Origin: Chiloscyllium plagiosum
Lineage: Eukaryota
Direction of reading: 5' to 3'
Assembly: GCF_004010195.1 (NCBI RefSeq)
Contig: NC_057751.1
Span: forward strand, 16,339,108-16,392,654
DNA length: 53,547 nt
Under the pieces are notes generated by a model that did not search any database, was not told the DNA's origin, and worked only from the letters and a program-made list of their open reading frames with translations. Of this stretch, positions 45,740 to 53,547 are shown in pieces (position 1 is the stretch's first letter; every line of letters starts with the position of its first letter). The position numbers were made by a program, and so were the translations under genes.

Positions 45740-48700
45740 AGAGAAATCCATTCAGCCCATCCAGTCTGCTCCTAGCTGACGAGTTTTTAAACCCCATTCT
45801 CCCACTTTCTCCCCATAACCCTTGATACTCAAGAACTTATCTATCTCTGTCTTAAATATACTCAATGACCTGGCCTCAACATGCCTTCTATAGCAATGAA
45901 TTCCATAGATTCACCACTCTCTCTCTGGCTGAAGACATTTCTCATTCTCTCTGTTCTGAAAGGGCTCCCCTTTACTCTAAGACTGTTTCCCAGTGTCTCC
46001 TACCAATGGAAACATTTTTCCAACATCTACTGTGTCCAGGCCATTTGGTATTCTGTATGTTTCAATGAGAACCCCCCCCCATACTTCTGAACTCCTTGAG
46101 TATAAACCCAGAGTCCTCAAATGTTCCTAATCTGTTCAGCTTTTCATTCCTGGGGCCATTCTTGTGAACTGCCTCTGAGCATGCTCCAGGGTCAGTAATC
46201 CTTCCTGAGATATGGGGCCTAAAACTGCACACGATATTCCATATGTGGTCTGACCAGAGTCTTGTAGAGCCTCAGAAATACATTCCTGCTTTCACATTCA
46301 ACTCCTCTCAAAATAAATGCCATCATTGTATTTGCCTTCCTACTACTGACTCAACCTGCAAGCTTACCTTGAGAGAATCCTGGACTAAACTCCCAAGTGT
46401 CTCTGCAGTTCAGACTTGGGAATTTTCTCCCCATTTAGAAAATAGTCCATGCCACTATTCTCTGTACCAAAGCACATGACCTCACACTTTCCCACGTTGT
46501 ACTCCCTCTGCGACCTCTAACCTGTTCAAATCCTCCTGCAGCCTCCCTGCCTCCTCAGTGCTACCTCTCCCTCTACCTGTCTTGTATTGTCTGCAAACCT
46601 CATCAGATTGCCCTCAGTTCCTTCATACACATGGTTAGTATATAAAGTTAAATGTGGCCCCTACACTGAGCCTTGCGGAATACCACTTGTCACCGGCTGC
46701 CATCCTGAGAAGGACCCTTTTATCCCCACTGTTTGCTTTCTGCCAGACAGCTAAGCTTCTATCCGTGCAAGCACCTTGACTCGAACACCATGGGCCCTTA
46801 TCTTACTCAGCCTCCTGTGCAGCACCTTGTCAAAGGCCTTTAGAATTACTCAGAATCCCGACAGTGCGGAAACAGGCCCTTCGGCCCAGCAAGTCCATAC
46901 TGACTCTCCAATGAGTACCCCACCCAGACCCAGTCCCTTGTTTCTCTACATTTCCCCTGACTAATGCACTGAACACTAAGGGCAATTTAGCACAGCCAAT
47001 CCACTTAACCCGCACATCTTTGGACTGTGGGAGGAAACCCATGCAGACACTGGGAGATTGTGAAAACTCTACACAGACAGTTCACTGGTATCGAACCTGG
47101 GTCCCTGGTGCTGTGAGGCAACAGTTCTAACCACTGAGCCACCATGCTGCCTTAAAATTTAGTAAGACTTCTTTCTCTCCCCGCTGCATAGGAGCCCCCC
47201 CACACCTTGAAATCAGGTAGATAATATCTGTTAGCTCTCCTGGTCTAACCTGCTCGTTACTTCCTCAAACAATTCTAGCAGATTTGTCAGGCATCACCCC
47301 CCCCTTGATGAAACCATGCTGACTTTGCCCTATTTTACCATACACTTCCAAGTATTCAGAAATCTCCTTCACAAAGGATTCCAGGATCTTGCCCACGACC
47401 AAGGTTGGGCTAATCGGTCTGTAGTTTTCCATCTTTTGCCTTACTCCCTTTTTAAACAAGCATGGCACGTTTAAGACTTTCCAGTTCTCTGGGACACCCC
47501 CTGACTCGATCGATTCCTGAAACATCACCACTAATGCCTCCGCTATCTTTTCAAGCGCTCTCCCTTTAAACTCTGGGGTGTAGGCCGTCTGGTCCAGGTG
47601 ATTTATCCCCCTTCAGACCATTCAGTTTTTCTAGCACCTTCTCCTTGGTGATGGCCACCATACTCGGTTCTGCCCCCTCACTCTCTTGAATCTTTGGCAT
47701 ATTACTATGTCTTCCACTGTGAAGCCTGACGTGAAGTAATTATTCAGTTCCTCAGCCATTTCCTTGTTCCCCATTACTATCTCTCCAGTGTCATTTTTCA
47801 ATGCCCCAGTGTCCACTCTTGCCCACATATATAAAGAAAGAAACTCTTACAGTCTTCCTTTTGTATTGCTGGCTAGCTTATCCTTATTTAAACCTCTGTC
47901 CTTATTTCTCTCTTTTTGTTGCCCTCTGGTCTTTGTAAGTTTCTTAATCCTGTATTTTTCCACTGCTCTTCACATTACATGCTTTCTCTTTTGGTTTTAC
48001 ACTATCCCTGGCTTCCCTAGTCAGCCACAGTTCCCTCATCCTCCCTGTACCATACTTCCTTTCCCTCGGGATGAATCTCTGCTGTGTTTCCTGAATTATT
48101 CCCAGAATCCCCTCCCATTGCTGATCCACTGTCTTTCCTGCTAGGCCCCTCTCCTAGTCAATCCTACCCAGCTCCTCCCTCACGCTTCTGTAGTTGCCTT
48201 TATTCAGCTGTAATACTGTTACCTCTGACTCTGCCTTCTCCCTCTCAAATTGCAGAGTAAATTCAATCATTTCATGATCACTGCCTTCACCTGAAGCTCC
48301 CTTATCTAGTCTGCCTCATTGCACAACACTAAATCCAGTATTGCCTGTTCCCTAATGGGCTCCACCACAAGTGGATCCAAAAAGCTATCTTGTACAAATT
48401 CCACAAGTTCCTTTTCTTGCAACCCACTACCAACCTGATTTTTCCAGTCCATTGCATATTGAAATCCCCCAGGATCAGTGTAACTTTACCTTTCCTGCAC
48501 ATCTTTTCTATCTCCTGATGTATCTTGTGCCCCAGCTCCTGACTACAGTTTGGAGGCCTGTACATCACTCCAACCGTAGTCTTTTTTTACCATTTGTAGT
48601 TCCTCAATTCTACCCACACCCAGATTCTACTCCATCTGTGACCCTACTTTGTTTCTTACTATTGATTTAGTTGCATTTCTTACTCATAAGGCAACCCCAC

Positions 48701-49910
48701 CCCCATGCCCACCTGCCTATCTTTTTGATAGGATAGATATCCTTGAATATTCAGCTCCCAATCCTGATGCCCTTGCAGCAACATCTCCATGATGCCCACC
48801 ACGTCGTGCCTGCCAATTTTGATCTGCGCAACAAGCTCATTAACCTTAGTCCTCATACCATGTGCATTCAGGTATAACCCCTTCAGTCCTGTGCTAACTG
48901 TCCCTCTTCTCAATGTCATTCGTCTGACCAGTGTGTTTGCTAACCCTTTCCCCACGCTCTCCTATTTGTGTCTGTGCTTGGAGATTTTAATGCAGCACTT
49001 TAATACTGCACTCTGACCACCTCCTCTTTTAATGTGGGTTTTCTGATTTCCCCATTACTGAGTTCACCCCCCCCCCCCCATGTAGTTTCAAGCCCTGTCT
49101 ACATTCAATTTGCTGGAGCTCTGGGCCCAGCGTGGTTCTGATGAAGACTGTTCCATCAGAGCAGGTCCCTTCTTCCCCTGTGCTGGTGCCAATGTCCCAT
49201 GAATTCAAACCCAGTTCGCCCACACCGATCTTTGAGCCACGCATTTACCTGCTTAATCTTATTGACCCTGTGCCAATTAGCTCGTGGCTCAGGTAGTAAT
49301 TTGGAGATGATTAACTAGTTGGTTCTGCTTTTTAATTTAGCTCTGAGCTGTTCATACTCCCTTAGCAGAACCTCAGCCCTAGTTTAATCTAAGTTGTTGG
49401 TACCTCCGTGGACCACAACCACTGGTTCTTTACCCTCCCACTCCAAGTTCGTCTGCAGCCCAGATGAGATATCCCCATCCCAAGCAACAGGCAGGCAACA
49501 CCCAACATTCGGGCCTCTTGATCCTGGTCACAGAGAACAGTGTCTATGCCTCTAACTATACTATCCCCAATAACATCAACATTTCTCTTCTCTCCCCCCC
49601 CCCATGGTGCTGTGGTCAGTCAGCTCCATCCTCCCTGCAGCCCCCATTCTCATCCAGGGAGTAAAATTCTTGAACCTGTTGGACAGGGGCTGAGGATACC
49701 TGCAACTCTCCCTCCTGGATCCCTCTACTTGCCTCCCTCGCAGCTGCACCCTCCTATCCACAGGCCAAGTTCGAGTTAGGTAGTCTGAGGAGTGCGACTG
49801 TTTCCTGAAACACAGCATCCAGGTAACTCTCTTCCTCCTGAAGTGCTGTAATGCTTGAACCTCAGACTCCAGCTCATTGACTCTGAGCCAGAGTTCTTCC
49901 AGCAACCAAC
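45740..49910 (-). mobile_element. Long decayed CR1-clade LINE (ORF1 remnant, APE endonuclease, RT), interrupted by a SINE at ~46845-47150
   Basis: In order on the minus strand: ORF1-like coiled coil LEELWLRVNELESEVQAL; APE LYLNAHGMRTKVNEL, YRPPN, GDFN; RT KEMAEELNNYF, NYRPISPT, QHGF. Many frameshifts. Confidence 0.88.
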
Positions 49911-50179
49911 ATTTAATTAGTGTTCAGTTTAGCTTTGGCCCTGCCTCTGGATATACCGGTCTGACAAACACTTTGTTCTACATTCCGATTGCACCATTCC
50001 AACATTATTTGTTCACCACCACCCGCCCCCCCCATATTTTGATCTGCGTTCTGTTTTATTTATCACCGAGATTTCAGATTACAGTCGCACCTCATCTGCC
50101 CCCCCCCAGGCTCCTCAGACAGCACCTTCCAAACCCCACGGCCACTTCCATCTAGAAGGACAAGGGGCAGCTGATAGAA

Positions 50180-51775
50180 CATAAGACAGTACAGCACAGT
50201 GCAGGCCCTTCGGCCCTTGTTGTGTCGACCTTTTATCCTACTCTAAGATCAGAGTATCCTTCATTGTATTATCATTCACAGGACTATCCAAGAGTCTCTG
50301 AAATGTCTCTAATGTATCTGATTCTGCTATCGCCTCTGGCAGTCCATTCCCACCACACGCACTGTAAAGAACCGACCTCTGACATCTCCCTGAAACCTTC
50401 CTCCAATCACCTTAACATTATGCCCCTTGTGATAGCCATTTCCACCCTGGGAAAAAGTCTCTGGCTATTCACTCTATCTAGGCCTCTCATCATCTTGTAT
50501 ACCTCTATCAAGTCCCCTCTCATCCTTCTTCACTCCAATGAGAAAAGCCCTAGCTCCTTCAACCTACCTTCATAGTCCAGGCAGCATGCTGGTCAATCTC
50601 CTCTGAACCCTCTCATAAGCTTCCATATCCTTCCTATAATGAGGTGACCAGAACTGAACGCAATATTCCAAGTGTGGTCTAAATCGGGCTTTAAAGAGCT
50701 GTAGCATCTCTTGAACGCAATCCCCCTGCTAATGAAAGCAAACACACCATACATCACCATAACCCTGTCAACTTGGTTGACAACCTTGAGGGATTTATAG
50801 ACATGGATCCCTCTATTCCTCCACTCTGCCCAAGAATCCTGCCTTTAAGCCTGTATTCTGCATTCAAATTCGACCTTCCAAAGTGAATCACTTTGCACTT
50901 TTCCAGGCTGAACTCCATCTGCTACTTCTTAGCCCAGCTCTGTTCTGTCAATGCCCCATCCTCCAACAGCCCTCTGCACTATCTACAACTCCACCACACT
51001 TGGTCTCATTGGCAAACCTAGTAACCCACCCCTTCACTCCCTCATCCAAGTCCTTCATAAAAATCACAAAGAACAGGGGTCCCAGAACCGATCCCTGCGG
51101 AACACCACTGGTCACCGAGCTCCAGGCTGAATACCTTCCATCTACTACCACCCTCTGTTCTATAGACCAGCCAATTCTGTGTCCAGGCAGCCAGATTTCC
51201 CTGTACCCCATGCCTCCTCGCTTTCTGAATGAGCCTCCTATGGGGAACCTTATCAAACCGCTTGCTAAAATTCATGTGCACTGCCCTATCTTCAATGTGT
51301 TTTGTCACATCCTAAAAGAATCAATAAGGTTTCTGAGGCATGACCCGCCCGGTGGCTCAGTGGTTAGCGCTGCTGCCTTGATTCCAGCCTCTGGCGACTG
51401 TCAGTGTGAAGTTTGCATGTTCTCCCTGTGTCTTTGTGGGTTTCCCTTCTGTCAAGTTGCCTTATAGCGTTCAGGGGTGTGTAGGTTAGGTGCATTGGTC
51501 AGGGTTAAAATGTAGAGTAATGGGGAATGGGTCTGGGTGGGATACCCTTCGGAGGGTGGGTGTGGACTTGTTGGGCCGAAGGGCCTGTTTCCACACTGTA
51601 GGGATTCTATTTCTGTTCTATGACCAAGCCATGCTGGTTGCCTCTAATCAAACTATGGTTTTCCAAGTAATCGTAAATCCTGTTTCTCCGAATCCTCTCC
51701 AATATTTTCCCCATCACCGATGTAAGACTGACCGGTCTGTAATGCCCAGGATTATCCCCATTCCGTTTCTTGATA
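50180..51775 (-). mobile_element. CR1 LINE RT fragment interrupted by a plus-strand SINE (~51345-51615)
   Basis: HYRPVSLTSVMGKILE, QHG, FSKRFDKVPH, GVPQGSVLGPLFFVIF. Confidence 0.9.
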
Positions 51776-52894
51776 CATGGGCACACCACCCCCCTGCAAG
51801 TTCCCCTCACCATCCCGACTCGGAAATATACCAGCCGTTCCTTCAGTGTCGCTGGGTCAGAATCCTGGGACTCTCTCCCTGAGGGCTCTGTGTAGGGGTC
51901 CCTGCAGCACACCACAGGGAATACAGCAGTTCAAGATGGCAGCTCTCCCCCCACCCCACCCTCTCAAGGGGCCAGTTGGGGGAGCAGGGGATGGGGCAAT
52001 GAATCCTGGATCCAGCCAGCAACTCTCCCAGATCCCATGGAAGAATCCTTTTCAAAAAGTGACGCAATCCATGCGTTGGCTTGTTCAAGTGGATGCCAGA
52101 GATCCCATGCAACTACTTGAAGCATCAAGGTGTGGGCGTGCATTTGAAAATGTTCCAAAATGCTTTGGAGCCCGAGAAGCACAGCCACTGTTGTCACGTT
52201 TTGAAACCGTGGTGCCTAGTTTATTGCCAACTAACCCGGTGGCAGCGGGTTGCTGACCAGATCATCTCTTTCCGAGCGATGTTGGCCGAGGGTTGATAGA
52301 GCAATGCATTGTCCTGGCCAACAGTCCTCCATCGGCGCCTTCTCAAATGAGTTGGCTTATAGAACATAGAAGAATACAGCGCAGTACAGGCCCTTTGGCC
52401 CTCGATGTTGCGCCGATCCAAGCCCACCTAACCTACACTAGCCCACTATCCTCCATATGCCTATCCAATGCCTGCTTAAATGCCCATAAAGAGGGAGAGT
52501 CCACCACTGCTATTGGCAGAGCATTCCATGAACTCACGACTCGCTGAGTAAAGAACCTACCCCTAACATCTTTTCACCATATTTCCCACACTACCATGAC
52601 TTCACCTTATTCACTATTGCTTTGGAATTTCCTGGGATCATGAAAGGTTTTACATAAATGCAATTTTTTTTTTATTGGGCACAATACAGCATGCATGTGT
52701 TAGCAATGGACTCATCTCACCTCCACAGCCAGGGTGTTTCGGCAGCATCATTCCAAGCCTGTAAATCACAAGATATCAATGTTTATTCTCAGTCAGGTTT
52801 GAACTTGAAGGAGAAAATCTGTTAGTTTATGGAGTCTTGACAACTTGGAAAGTTTATGGCTTCCAGACCAAAATGTAGATATTTTAAGCCAGTG

Positions 52895-53180
52895 TGATTA
52901 GATTAGATTCCCTACAGTGTGGAAACAGGCCCTTCAGCCCAACAAGTCCACACCAAATTTTCCAACCCACCCAGACCCATTCCCCTACTCCCTACGAATG
53001 CATCTATCACTATGGGCAATTTAGCATGGCCATTCACCTGACCTTTGGACTGTGGGAGGAAACCCATGCAGACACAGGGAGAATGTGCAAACTCCACACA
53101 GACGGTCACCTGAAGCTGGAATCGAACCCGGGTCCCTGGCGCTGCGAGGCAGCAGTGGTAATCACTGAGCCACCGTGCCA
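52895..53180 (-). mobile_element. HE1-like SINE
   Basis: gattagattagattccctacagtgtgg tail and tRNA head at 53110-53180. Confidence 0.92.
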
Positions 53181-53274
53181 TAATAATAGCTCAATCCAAT
53201 GTCGATTTTATTTTGGTGACTGAGAATCCTTCGATCACAGTGGTTTACAGTTTGATTGGCTGCTTATGAAACCG

Positions 53275-53547
53275 AGGAGAAAGTGAGGGCTGCAGATGCT
53301 GGAGATCAGAGCTGAAAATGTATTGCTGGAAAAGCGCAGCAGGTCAGGCAGCATCCAAGGAACAGGAGAATCGACGTTTCAGGCATAAGCCCTTCTTCAG
53401 GAATGAGGAAAGTGTGTCCAGCAGGCTAAGATAAAAGGTAGGGAGGAGGGACTTGGGGGAGGGGCGTTGGAAATGCGATAGGTGGAAGACAGGCCGCCTA
53501 CTTGCGGAATGTTTCAGAGAACACCTCTGGGACACCCGGACCAACCA
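53275..53547. mobile_element. Penelope-like element: inverted terminal segment with hammerhead (-, 53368-53404) joined to plus-strand GIY-YIG coding sequence (53489 to window end)
   Basis: Minus strand AUUC-CUGAAGA-A-GGGC-UUAU-GCCU-GAAAC-GUC. The plus strand from 53489 reads TGRLLAECFREHLWDTRTN, resembling the PLE endonuclease G(E/Q)TGR.L..R..EH motif. Confidence 0.78.

Overview
Eukaryotic genomic DNA, very likely from a shark or other elasmobranch (inferred from dense HE1/V-SINE-like tRNA SINEs and CR1/HER1-like LINEs). It is a draft scaffold with five N gaps (2046-3042, 5251-5750, 6964-7012, 30329-30496, 34465-35088). Most ORF-track entries are repeat-derived or spurious. Three genes are recognisable from split exons: (1) two minus-strand exons of an LDB1/LDB2-family (LIM-domain-binding) gene at 783-885 and 4758-4861, largely missed by the ORF track; (2) the first coding exon of STARD7 (minus, 7317-7789); (3) OGDH (plus), with a CpG-island promoter, a probable non-coding exon 1 ending at 34263, and coding exon 2 at 40980-41201. 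Between STARD7 and OGDH are two unidentified candidate spliced transcripts that converge near 18.1 kb: one plus-strand from a ZNF143/CCAAT/YY1 promoter at 11.3 kb, and one minus-strand with a five-exon 122-codon frame. Main leads: a divergent LDB gene in STARD7/OGDH synteny that may be a third LDB ohnolog; palindromic, TSD-flanked Penelope-type elements centred on minimal hammerhead ribozymes; the orphan multi-exon ORF; a 30-bp minisatellite carrying p53-type half-sites; and long intronic inverted duplications. All homology calls rest on recall of family sequences, not on database searches.
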